Of a stretch of 24,000 bases of DNA, positions 1-7,920 are shown in pieces; position 1 is the first letter of the stretch; each line of letters starts with the position of its first letter. A program made the position numbers and the translations under genes. The notes under the pieces are model-generated. The model worked only from the letters and a program-made list of their open reading frames with translations. It was not told the origin of the DNA and made no database searches. The DNA comes from Thomasclavelia spiroformis DSM 1552 (GTDB taxonomy: Bacteria; Bacillota_I; Bacilli_A; Erysipelotrichales; Coprobacillaceae): contig NZ_CP102275.1 in assembly GCF_025149465.1 (NCBI RefSeq), forward strand, positions 2,095,596-2,119,595, written 5' to 3'.

Positions 1-726
1 TAAAACATCACTTTTTAATCCACTATTATCCCATGTTCCAATTTCTTCAATATCTTGATCAAATTCTAAAGCAAAATACATATTCCAATCACTAGGGTTC
101 CAGTTTTTACTAAATGTACCACCACCAGTAATCATTTTATTTTCTTTATCAATATTAACTGATCCAGATTTTAAAGCTACTTCTCCTCCAATTTTTCTAC
201 TTACATCAATTAATAGTGATGAATCAGCGTTTTCTGGATAAGTGAAACGATAAATTGCTGAATGTTGATTAGGTGTTACCTCAGCTTTAATATCATATTT
301 ATCAAGCTTAACTGTATAATAATTTGCTTGTCCCTTTTCTTCACTTATACTTGATGCATGATCTCGATCACTTGTTTTTATTTCACCAGTTTGAGGTGAT
401 AATAAGAAATTACCATATGATTTTGTTCCTCCAGAACCTTGAGTATATAATTGACCAAAACCAACTACAGGATTTCCGCGATGATACCCTCCATTATCAG
501 GTGGTGTTGTTTCAGGACTTGGATGAATAGATCCATTAGGTAATGATGGACCTGCTGATGTTGATCCTTCATCAACATCAGTTCCAAATAAAGTATTCGT
601 ATATTCAACATAATTTTCGTCAGTTTTATATTTTGCATCAACATTTACACTATTTATTGAAAATACTGACATAGTCATAAACGCTGATAATAAAACTGTA
701 ACAACTTTTTTTCCACGAATATTCAT
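1..726 (-). CDS. GH92 family secreted alpha-mannosidase, N-terminal part only (runs off left edge)
   Basis: My translation from the ATG at 726 (minus): MNIRGKKVVTVLLSAFMTMSVFSINSVNVDAKYKTDENYVEYTNTLFGTDVDEG...PSLPNGSIHPSPETTPPDNGGYHRGNPVVGFGQLYTQGSGGTKSYGNFLLSPQTGEI..., a signal peptide followed by a GH92-like N-terminal domain. AGGA-type RBS upstream. Absent from the ORF track because it is incomplete. Confidence 0.85.
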   Translation of the reverse strand, partial: MNIRGKKVVTVLLSAFMTMSVFSINSVNVDAKYKTDENYVEYTNTLFGTDVDEGSTSAGPSLPNGSIHPSPETTPPDNGGYHRGNPVVGFGQLYTQGSGGTKSYGNFLLSPQTGEIKTSDRDHASSISEEKGQANYYTVKLDKYDIKAEVTPNQHSAIYRFTYPENADSSLLIDVSRKIGGEVALKSGSVNIDKENKMITGGGTFSKNWNPSDWNMYFALEFDQDIEEIGTWDNSGLKSDVL

Positions 727-787
727 AATCTCATTTTTCCTGGTATATTGTAATTGACTCATTTAATAGTCATCTACAGTATACCTT

Positions 788-1036
788 CTCCTTTCTATCA
801 ACCTTGTTTATCCGTGGTTGATGACGTTTAAGTTATTCTGTAAAATATTGAATATGTGAATGTAGATTTGTATTTTTTTCCTTGTGGCTTGACTACTTTA
901 GAAAGGATCTTACCACACCTTATTCCTAAACAATGATGAGTTAGATGAGTCTTGAATTCCTATTTTGCACCAGGTTTTGTGGTCTAAGTGTTGTGGATAC
1001 CATTTCACATAATCTATTAGGAAAGGATGTTTTATC
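788..1036 (+). ncRNA. candidate IS110 bridge/seek RNA region
   Basis: Non-coding left-end region of an IS110 element. It has a 7-bp inverted repeat ATCAACC (797-803)/GGTTGAT (816-822) and a second stem TGTGG (883-887)/CCACA (913-917) enclosing a 25-nt loop. The location matches known IS110-group bridge RNAs. Confidence 0.45.
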
Positions 1037-2221
1037 ATGAAGTTAGTTGGAATCGATATTGGAAAAAACAGACACTTCTTTTGCATCATGGATAAAGATA
1101 CAGGTGAACTTATTATTTCGCCTACTTCTTTTGCCAACAATAAAGAAGGATTTGATTTTCTTGTTCAAAAACTTAAACCTTATTCTAAATCTTCTGTCTT
1201 GATTGGTATGGAAGATACCGGACATTATCATTTTGCTTTGTTAAAGTATCTCTTAGATCAAAGTTTTACTGTTGCCTTGATCAATCCCAAAACGACCGAT
1301 TTCACGCGCAAGCTCCAAGGTGGTATCACGAAAAATGACAAACTTGATACGCTGACTATTTGCGACGTCTTAGATACCCCCAAACGTAAGAAACAGTATC
1401 GTATTACAAAGGTTGACAGTTTCGACCTTTATGAACAAAAACAGCTGACTAGACATCATCATAATTTAAAAAAGGAAATAAACGTCTATACAAATCGTTT
1501 ACAAAAATGCATTGATGTTGTGTTTCCCGAGTTTAATAGTCTATTCAAGTGCAAGTATGGTACTGTCTACATGAATGTACTTAAAACATTTGGCAGTGCT
1601 GAAAATATCGCCAGTGCTGATATCAGAACCATTCGTAAATGTTTTGACATCAAAGGCAGAGGTGGTCGTATCTCTCTGACCGCTGAAAAACTTAAAGAGT
1701 GTGCCAAATCTTCTATAGGCATTTCTTCATCTGCAGAAGTGATTCAAATCAAGCATCTCATTAGTCAAATTGAACTTATTCATGATCAAATCGCTGAAAT
1801 AGATAAAAAAATAGAAGAGTTCTCTGTTCAAAACAACTCTCCTATCCTAAGTATCCCAGGAATTTCTCATTTCTCTGGTACCTCTATTTTAGCCGAATTA
1901 GGAGAGATAAGCAACTACTCCAGCGCAAGAAAAATCATTAAATTTGCAGGAGTCGCTCCTTTGCATTATGAATCCAGTCAGTTTACTGCACAGCATACCG
2001 CTATTACAAAGAAAGGATCTAAATACTTGAGAAAGACCTTATATCAAATCATACTGCCTGTGATCAACAATAATCCAGTATTCAAACAGTATTATCAATT
2101 GAAGCTTTCTCAAGGCAAGGGACATCGTTGTGCTCAGGGACATTGTGTAAGAAAGTTGCTTAGAATCATTTATCATCTATTAACTACAGGTCAGCAGTTT
2201 GACCCTGAACTCCTGAGATAG
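1037..2221 (+). CDS. IS110 family transposase (DEDD domain plus C-terminal Transposase_20-like serine domain)
   Basis: MKLVGIDIGKNRHFF..., GMEDTGHYHFAL, NDKLDTLTICDV, then SIPGISHFSGTSILAELGEISNYSSARKIIKFAGVAPLHYESSQFTAQHTAITKKGSKYLRKTLYQ, which is typical IS110 architecture. AGGAAAGGA upstream of the ATG. Confidence 0.93.
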   Translation: MKLVGIDIGKNRHFFCIMDKDTGELIISPTSFANNKEGFDFLVQKLKPYSKSSVLIGMEDTGHYHFALLKYLLDQSFTVALINPKTTDFTRKLQGGITKNDKLDTLTICDVLDTPKRKKQYRITKVDSFDLYEQKQLTRHHHNLKKEINVYTNRLQKCIDVVFPEFNSLFKCKYGTVYMNVLKTFGSAENIASADIRTIRKCFDIKGRGGRISLTAEKLKECAKSSIGISSSAEVIQIKHLISQIELIHDQIAEIDKKIEEFSVQNNSPILSIPGISHFSGTSILAELGEISNYSSARKIIKFAGVAPLHYESSQFTAQHTAITKKGSKYLRKTLYQIILPVINNNPVFKQYYQLKLSQGKGHRCAQGHCVRKLLRIIYHLLTTGQQFDPELLR

Positions 2222-2494
2222 TAAATAGCCATATGCAAATTTTAAAAATACCTTTTTCAAGGTAGTTTTCATCATGCCCAAAAACTACAAATACATATTC
2301 ACTTTTTAAAGAACTTTACTAGTTGATTCATAAAATCAGGAAGTTTATTATTTTCAGACTTTTTCATCAAAAACTCTTGATTTTTATATAGTTAGCTTTC
2401 TCAAAATTAAAATCATTAATTAAAATATTATCCATAATTTAAAATTCTATTAATTTCACCTCCTTAAATCATTAAAAAACTTATTTACATTTCA

Positions 2495-2523
2495 ATTATA
2501 AATCCAATAAAAAACTTTTACTA
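2495..2523 (-). promoter_or_regulatory. putative promoter originally driving the GH92 fragment (TAGTAA-N17-TATAAT)
   Basis: Minus-strand -35-like TAGTAA (2518-2523), 17-bp spacer, -10 TATAAT (2495-2500). It sits 8 bp downstream of the palindrome at 2532-2553. Confidence 0.45.
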
Positions 2524-2531
2524 TTTAGAAC

Positions 2532-2553
2532 TTTTGTAATTATTTTTTCGAAA
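2532..2553. promoter_or_regulatory. operator-like palindrome TTTTGTAA-N6-TTTCGAAA
   Basis: Same motif as at 7353-7374, 10860-10881 and 21299-21320. 26 nt (2529-2554) are identical to 7350-7375. Confidence 0.55.
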
Positions 2554-2611
2554 ACTATAGATAAAATTTTTGTAAATTTATCATACAATAATTTTATATC
2601 AATAAACTAAA

Positions 2612-2643
2612 AGGTTACTGCTATCAAAATATATCAGTAACCT
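2612..2643 (-). terminator. intrinsic terminator-like hairpin downstream of the GH92 gene 2698-7245
   Basis: AGGTTACTG (2612-2620)/CAGTAACCT (2635-2643), 9-bp perfect arms followed by TTTT on the minus strand. Confidence 0.6.
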
Positions 2644-2697
2644 AAATATTTTATTAATTATAAGAGGAAAGAAAGCAATTTTAATTATTATCTAATA

Positions 2698-5600
2698 TTA
2701 ATCTTTTCTTTTTAATGCTGCATATCCAGCTACACTTAATAATGCTATTGTTGCAAACATTCCTGCTAAGCTTTCATCTCCTGTTTTTACACTTGTAGTA
2801 TCACCATTATTTACTGGTGTACTTACTGTGTTATCAGTTGTTATTGTTTGTAATCCTGCAAGAGCTTTGGCTAGAACATCTTTTGCATTATCTACTTCAA
2901 CTTGCGAAGCATTTGGATTATCAAATACTGCTTTTGCTTCATCTAATGCTTTTGTTAATCCATCAAATGTTGCTTTTGTATAGTTCGCCCCGTTTAATCC
3001 ATTTGCTTGATTAATTAATTCTTCTAATAAGCTCTTATCTGGAATTAATCTTAAGTTCAAGAATGCTGTTACTAATTCACTGTATGCATTGTTTACTTCT
3101 TCTTGCATTGCATTTAAATCTTCGTATACAGCATTAGCTTCATTTAATTCTGTTTCAAATGCTGTCCATGTAGCTTGAATATATTTATCAGCTTCTAATC
3201 CACTAACTTTATCGATAAATGCTTTTAATGCTGTTTTATCACCTTGTTTAAAGTCTAACATATGCATAACGTTAGCAAGCCTATCAAATACATTATTTAC
3301 TTCAACTTGTGAAGCACTAGTATTATTATATACTGCATTAGCTTCATCTCTTGCAGCAATAAATTCATCAGCTACTGCTGGTACGACATTAGCTAAATCT
3401 TCATCAGTGATTGCATTAGCTAAATCGATAGCGATACCTAATGCTGTTTTATCAGCTAACACATTTCCTAATAAGTGGAATTCATATACTCTTGCATTTG
3501 CAGAATCTGTATCACTTAATTTAGGAATTACCAAACGGAATTGACTACCCATAATTGGTTCATCAAGTGTAACTTTTACTTCATTTTCTTCAATATCTTT
3601 TAAAGTATATACATCTTTCCATTCACCATTTTCTTTAACTTGTAAAGAGAATTCTTTTGTAAGATATGATGAGTTTTCTGTTGCTGCACCAATAAAGATT
3701 AAACCATTAACTGCATACTTCTTATCAAAATCCATTTCCATCCAGAATTTTCCATCATCTGCATATTGATAACGACAGCTCCATTTTGTGTTCAAATCAG
3801 CATCAATTGCTTTTTCTGGTCCTTCATTTTCATTAGCTTGTCCATTAGCAGATACTTTAAGTGATGGATCATTCATAATACTTCCTCTAAATGTATCTAC
3901 AACTAAACCTTCAATTGCTTCATTAAGTTTATTAGAAGCAGCTTCTAGCTCTTCATCACTAGCATCTTCTTTATCTATAATTGATTTAGCCTCGTTAATT
4001 GCTTCATTTAAATTATCTACACTTGCTGATGTATAAATTGATGTATCAATTGCTTCAGCTTTTTCTACAAGTGATTCAAGATGTGCTTTCCATCCATCCC
4101 AGATAATTAATGTTTCAACATATGAATCACCTTGACTAAATACAAATTCAAGTTTAGCACTTGAATCCACACCATCTTTTACAAGCGATGTTCCAAAGAC
4201 AGTAATTTGATTATTATTTTCTCTTGAGAATGCATAATCTTCGTTTTCTACTAATTCTTTGCCATTAAATAATACTTTTTCTAATGTATTTCTATTATAT
4301 TTAATATTAGCAACATAATCAGATGGATTAGAAATTTCAATTATTTGAGAATAATCCTCAAATAATTCTAATTCTCTTACTGCAATTTTACCCCATGTAA
4401 AGTTTGCTTCTTTAATTCTAATTCTTAATCCTATTATATCTTTAAGTGCTTTATTAAATTTAATATTTGCACTACAACGATTATCGCCACCGCTTTCGTC
4501 TTTCCATTCAGGTGTCCAATCTTCTACAATAACTTTCCATTGATCTGATGATGAATCTTTTATTTCAATATCCATTTTTGTAGGATTTTGGTTACCTCTA
4601 TAATTTGACCAAATTTTAAATGATGTTACTCTACTTAATGGGTTATCCCATTCCATTGTCAAATAATATGGTGTATTAGACAAATCTTCATTTGAATGAA
4701 CGTTCGCACTAACATAACCAGTGTCATAGTTTCCATCAATCAATGAAACTGATGGAACATCAATATCACCACCAGGTTGTCCATAATCAGTTGTACTTAC
4801 TTTTGCTTTAGATGCATAGTTTTTACCTGTTACTCTAGTCACTTCACTATTTCCAAAGAATGGTGGTTCAGAATCATCTTCAGGACTTTGAGCATCTTCG
4901 TCATATTGGATTGCTTCTTTATGATAATCACTTGCCCAACTAGAAGGTGTATCATTCATGTTGAATTCTACATTTCCACCAGATGTAATTTGATTATATG
5001 TAATAACTGGAATATTTAATGCTTCGCCATTTAATGTTGCATCTTGAATATAACAGTTAGCATTTGTTTCATTATCATCATTATTATTTGCAGTGATAAC
5101 AAATTGAGTATCTGTTTTTGGATTATTGATTGTAACTTTATCAAATATTGGACTTCCTATCATGTATTCTCCAGATGCTGGATTAACTGGATAAAATCCC
5201 ATTGCTGAAAATACATACCAAGCAGACATTTGTCCACAGTCATCATTTCCTAATTGTCCACTAGTATCATCAAAATAACTTTCTAATAAAGTTTGTCTTG
5301 CATATTTTTGTGTTAAATCAGGACGACCACTAAAGTCAAACATATAAGCATAATGATGGCATGGTTCATTTTGTTGTTCAATCCATTTGTCGCCACCTAA
5401 TCCACCAAATGCTTTTTCAAGTTCAGTGTTATAGAAATCTGCACCTTGATGTTCAGCCATGTATTCTAATAAACCTTGTGGATCATGTGGTGCAAACCAA
5501 GTATATTTTCTTCTATCACCTTCAGTAAATTGTTCTCCACTTGTTGACCAATTCCCATCTACGTCACGACCCATTGCATATCCAGTTTCAGGATTAATTG

Positions 5601-7245
5601 CATTTTTATAATTCATACTTCTATTTAAGAAGAATTTTGCCTCAGCATCTTTTCCAACTGCCATTGCTACTTGAGCTACACACCAGTCATCATAAGAAAA
5701 TTCAATTGTTCTAGAAACGTTTTCATTAACGTAACCATTAGGTATATATCCTAATGCTTTATAAGCAGATAGTCCAGCGCGTGCTTCATATGGTACGTTT
5801 GTAGCTCTATCGCCCCATTTATAAATTGTTCCATCACCTTCTTGAGGAACCATTGCATCTTTCAATACTGCTTCATAAGCTAAATCATAATCAAAACCAT
5901 CAAATCCTTTATTGATTGCTTCAGCTACAATTGAATCTGCATGTGTACCAATCATAATATTTGTATATCCAGGATTTGGCCATTTTGGCATATAGCCACC
6001 TTCTTGATAATTTTGTAATAATGATTGTACCATTTCATCAATCTTATCTGGAGCAACAATTGTCAATAAACTATTTTGTGCTCTAAATGTATCCCATAAT
6101 GAAAAATCAGTATATGATTTACCTTCATGATATTGATCATCATAAGGACTAAAGTAAATATTTTTTCCATCTACTACTTCGTAGAAAGTTCTTGGATATA
6201 ATAAAGCATGATACATTGCTGTATAGAAAATATGATTTTCTGATTCTGTTGCACCTTCAATTTGAATTGCATTTAAACGATCATTCCATATATTCTTTGT
6301 TTCTTCTTTAACTTCATTAAATTCTTTATCTCCAATTTCTTGTTCAATATTTGCTCTAGCTTGATCAACACTAACAAATGATGTTCCAATTCTTATTTCA
6401 ACTGTTTCATCTTGTTCAGTATTAAAACTTAAATAAGCACCTGATTTTTGTCCATCAGCTGATGTAGCATCATTTTGGATTTTATAATTTTCATAAGTTC
6501 CTTTACCATCTGTATCTTTACTAAATTGAATAACGAAATATCCTTTAAGATTTTCAGGTGGATTATTATTTAAATGAGAACTCATGTTATCATTATTCCA
6601 TCCAGTAATTTCTCCATTTTCTTCATCAATTTCAATATGTCCGTTTCCACGACCTCTTGCAGATTCAACAAATATTTTTGCTTCATCACTGCTAGGATAA
6701 GTAAAACGATAAATCGCACAGCGTTTAGTAGCAGTCATTTCAGCAGTGATTGGTTTTCCTTCTTCTTTACCAGCCGTTACTTTATAGTAATAAGGTGTTG
6801 CAGTTTCATCATCATGTGAAAAAGTCAACGCTCTTCCATTTTGATCAGGACTAACATCTCCAATTTGAGGCATAACATTAACATACCCATAATCACCCAT
6901 CCAAATTGCTGGTTGGTGTGTTGCAAAGAAACCTTTAAATTTTGTATCTTTGTATTCGTAAGAAATGTCACCAATACGATTTTCTCTTGTTTGTGGTGTG
7001 AAATTAGTCATTCCAAATGGTGCACTTACAAAAGGTGCAGTTCCTGACCATTCACTATCCCCTTTAAAGTTATTTGTACCGATTAAAGGATTAACATGTT
7101 GTACTAAATCCTTAGTTTCATAATCACTTGTTGTAATTTCATAATTCGTACTTTCTTTTGCAAATACAGTCGATGCACTACCTAAGATATTAGTAAGTGC
7201 CACCATACCTGTAATCAAGAAAGATATGCTTCTTTTTCCTTTCAT
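2698..7245 (-). CDS. secreted cell-wall-associated GH92 alpha-mannosidase with discoidin/CBM32-like domain and C-terminal FIVAR repeats
   Basis: Signal peptide MKGKRSISFLITGMVALTNILGSASTVFA; GH92 segments VNPLIGTNNFKGDSEWSGTAPFVSAPFGMTNFTPQTRE, GTHADSIVAEAINKGF, FTEGDRRKYTWFAPHD, NEPCHHYAYMF, GNDDCGQMSAWYVFSAMGFYPVNP; FIVAR-like repeats; C-terminus VKTGDESLAGMFATIALLSVAGYAALKRKD. Strong GGGAGG RBS. Confidence 0.93.
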   Translation of the reverse strand: MKGKRSISFLITGMVALTNILGSASTVFAKESTNYEITTSDYETKDLVQHVNPLIGTNNFKGDSEWSGTAPFVSAPFGMTNFTPQTRENRIGDISYEYKDTKFKGFFATHQPAIWMGDYGYVNVMPQIGDVSPDQNGRALTFSHDDETATPYYYKVTAGKEEGKPITAEMTATKRCAIYRFTYPSSDEAKIFVESARGRGNGHIEIDEENGEITGWNNDNMSSHLNNNPPENLKGYFVIQFSKDTDGKGTYENYKIQNDATSADGQKSGAYLSFNTEQDETVEIRIGTSFVSVDQARANIEQEIGDKEFNEVKEETKNIWNDRLNAIQIEGATESENHIFYTAMYHALLYPRTFYEVVDGKNIYFSPYDDQYHEGKSYTDFSLWDTFRAQNSLLTIVAPDKIDEMVQSLLQNYQEGGYMPKWPNPGYTNIMIGTHADSIVAEAINKGFDGFDYDLAYEAVLKDAMVPQEGDGTIYKWGDRATNVPYEARAGLSAYKALGYIPNGYVNENVSRTIEFSYDDWCVAQVAMAVGKDAEAKFFLNRSMNYKNAINPETGYAMGRDVDGNWSTSGEQFTEGDRRKYTWFAPHDPQGLLEYMAEHQGADFYNTELEKAFGGLGGDKWIEQQNEPCHHYAYMFDFSGRPDLTQKYARQTLLESYFDDTSGQLGNDDCGQMSAWYVFSAMGFYPVNPASGEYMIGSPIFDKVTINNPKTDTQFVITANNNDDNETNANCYIQDATLNGEALNIPVITYNQITSGGNVEFNMNDTPSSWASDYHKEAIQYDEDAQSPEDDSEPPFFGNSEVTRVTGKNYASKAKVSTTDYGQPGGDIDVPSVSLIDGNYDTGYVSANVHSNEDLSNTPYYLTMEWDNPLSRVTSFKIWSNYRGNQNPTKMDIEIKDSSSDQWKVIVEDWTPEWKDESGGDNRCSANIKFNKALKDIIGLRIRIKEANFTWGKIAVRELELFEDYSQIIEISNPSDYVANIKYNRNTLEKVLFNGKELVENEDYAFSRENNNQITVFGTSLVKDGVDSSAKLEFVFSQGDSYVETLIIWDGWKAHLESLVEKAEAIDTSIYTSASVDNLNEAINEAKSIIDKEDASDEELEAASNKLNEAIEGLVVDTFRGSIMNDPSLKVSANGQANENEGPEKAIDADLNTKWSCRYQYADDGKFWMEMDFDKKYAVNGLIFIGAATENSSYLTKEFSLQVKENGEWKDVYTLKDIEENEVKVTLDEPIMGSQFRLVIPKLSDTDSANARVYEFHLLGNVLADKTALGIAIDLANAITDEDLANVVPAVADEFIAARDEANAVYNNTSASQVEVNNVFDRLANVMHMLDFKQGDKTALKAFIDKVSGLEADKYIQATWTAFETELNEANAVYEDLNAMQEEVNNAYSELVTAFLNLRLIPDKSLLEELINQANGLNGANYTKATFDGLTKALDEAKAVFDNPNASQVEVDNAKDVLAKALAGLQTITTDNTVSTPVNNGDTTSVKTGDESLAGMFATIALLSVAGYAALKRKD
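3015..3114 (-). repeat. FIVAR-coding segment near-identical to 15981-16080
   Basis: 100-nt alignment by eye with 3 differences (97/100) to 15981-16080; both encode NAMQEEVN.AYSELVTAFLNLRLIPDKSLLEELIN. Confidence 0.85.
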
Positions 7246-7315
7246 ATTTACCTCCCACTATTTATGATATGATTTACAATTATTAAAGTCATCACCTCCA
7301 ATCTTTCACAATTAA

Positions 7316-7344
7316 AGTATAATATTTCATACTTATTTTAACAA
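7316..7344 (-). promoter_or_regulatory. putative promoter of the GH92 gene (TTGTTA-N17-TATACT)
   Basis: -35 TTGTTA (7339-7344), 17-bp spacer, -10 TATACT (7316-7321) on the minus strand, ~70 nt upstream of the start codon. Confidence 0.65.
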
Positions 7345-7352
7345 TTTTCAAC

Positions 7353-7374
7353 TTTTGTAATTATTTTTTCGAAA
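7353..7374. promoter_or_regulatory. operator-like palindrome TTTTGTAA-N6-TTTCGAAA
   Basis: Lies 8 bp upstream of the -35 at 7339-7344. A second related imperfect palindrome TACGTAA-N7-TTACGAA is at 7390-7410. Confidence 0.6.
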
Positions 7375-7442
7375 AGTCTAAATAAAATTTACGTAAAATA
7401 AATTTACGAAAATTTTATACTATTAAAACTGTTCTAAATAAA

Positions 7443-7463
7443 AAAAGCCCAATTGGGCATTTT
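7443..7463 (-). terminator. intrinsic terminator downstream of the DUF956 gene
   Basis: Minus strand GAAAATGCCCAATTGGGCTTTTTTT: GC-rich hairpin plus T-run. Confidence 0.75.
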
Positions 7464-7480
7464 CAATATAAGTATTAATA

Positions 7481-7867
7481 TTATTTTTTCTTCGTCTTGA
7501 TTCTAAACAGTCTCTTCAGTCCTCGGCCTACTACCTGAAAGAAACTCAGTGACTTTACCAGCCGGTTCGATTCTATATATTTGTTTACTGCTCTCAATGT
7601 CGCCTTGTTGTCTCTTGTTGAAAATGTAAACCTTCCGTTTTGCTTCGTCACTATCGCAAAGCGCGGTATCCATTTCCCTTTAAAGTTTACTGATGCCATC
7701 ACATAGTCTATCTCTTCCCATGGTATCTGGATATAGTCCTTGAGATTCTTTTCATTATAGAATTCAAATGCCTTATCCCCTATCATCACCTTCCCATAGT
7801 TCGCCATCCCCAGATATGATGTCGCCGCTACTGTATAGTCTACTTTTGTATTCATTGACTGTACCAT
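7481..7867 (-). CDS. DUF956 family protein associated with mannose-type PTS operons (ManO-like)
   Basis: MVQSMNTKVDYTVAATSYLGMANYGKVMIGDKAFEFYNEKNLKDYIQIPWEEIDYVMASVNFKGKWIPRFAIVTK.... Start revised from the ORF track (8017) to the ATG at 7867 preceded by AGGAG. Confidence 0.85.
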   Translation of the reverse strand: MVQSMNTKVDYTVAATSYLGMANYGKVMIGDKAFEFYNEKNLKDYIQIPWEEIDYVMASVNFKGKWIPRFAIVTKQNGRFTFSTRDNKATLRAVNKYIESNRLVKSLSFFQVVGRGLKRLFRIKTKKK

Positions 7868-7891
7868 CTGTATTCTCCTATTTCTCTGTAT

Positions 7892-7917
7892 AAAAAGCTC
7901 GGTTTCCCCGAGCTTTT
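7892..7917 (-). terminator. intrinsic terminator/attenuator hairpin between EIID and DUF956
   Basis: AAAAGCTCGG (7893-7902)/CCGAGCTTTT (7908-7917), 10-bp perfect arms. The minus strand reads ...CCGAGCTTTTTA. Confidence 0.75.
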
Positions 7918-7920
7918 CTT

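Larger units (their letters stand above)
781..2254 (+). mobile_element. IS110-family insertion sequence (ends inferred)
   Basis: IS110-type transposase with a long (~240 nt) non-coding 5' region. ATACCTT occurs at 781-787 and at 2248-2254, compatible with a shared core (CT within ATACCTT) at the two junctions. The exact ends are inference. Confidence 0.6.

Noticed and set aside
324-530. 68-aa plus-strand ORF
   Set aside because: Antisense shadow of the GH92 N-terminal coding sequence.
910-1140. 76-aa minus-strand ORF at the IS110 left end
   Set aside because: Overlaps the transposase start antisense; no RBS or recognisable motif; a shadow ORF.
2612-2643. Hairpin initially considered a possible regulatory element of the GH92 fragment's upstream region
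   Set aside because: Position just after the stop of the 2698-7245 gene and the T-run on the minus strand fit a plain intrinsic terminator.
3788-4036. Plus-strand ORFs across the GH92 gene (2817, 3788, 4777, 6574, 6841)
   Set aside because: All lie antisense within a clear 1515-aa reading frame, have low-complexity composition, and lack supporting RBS or domains.
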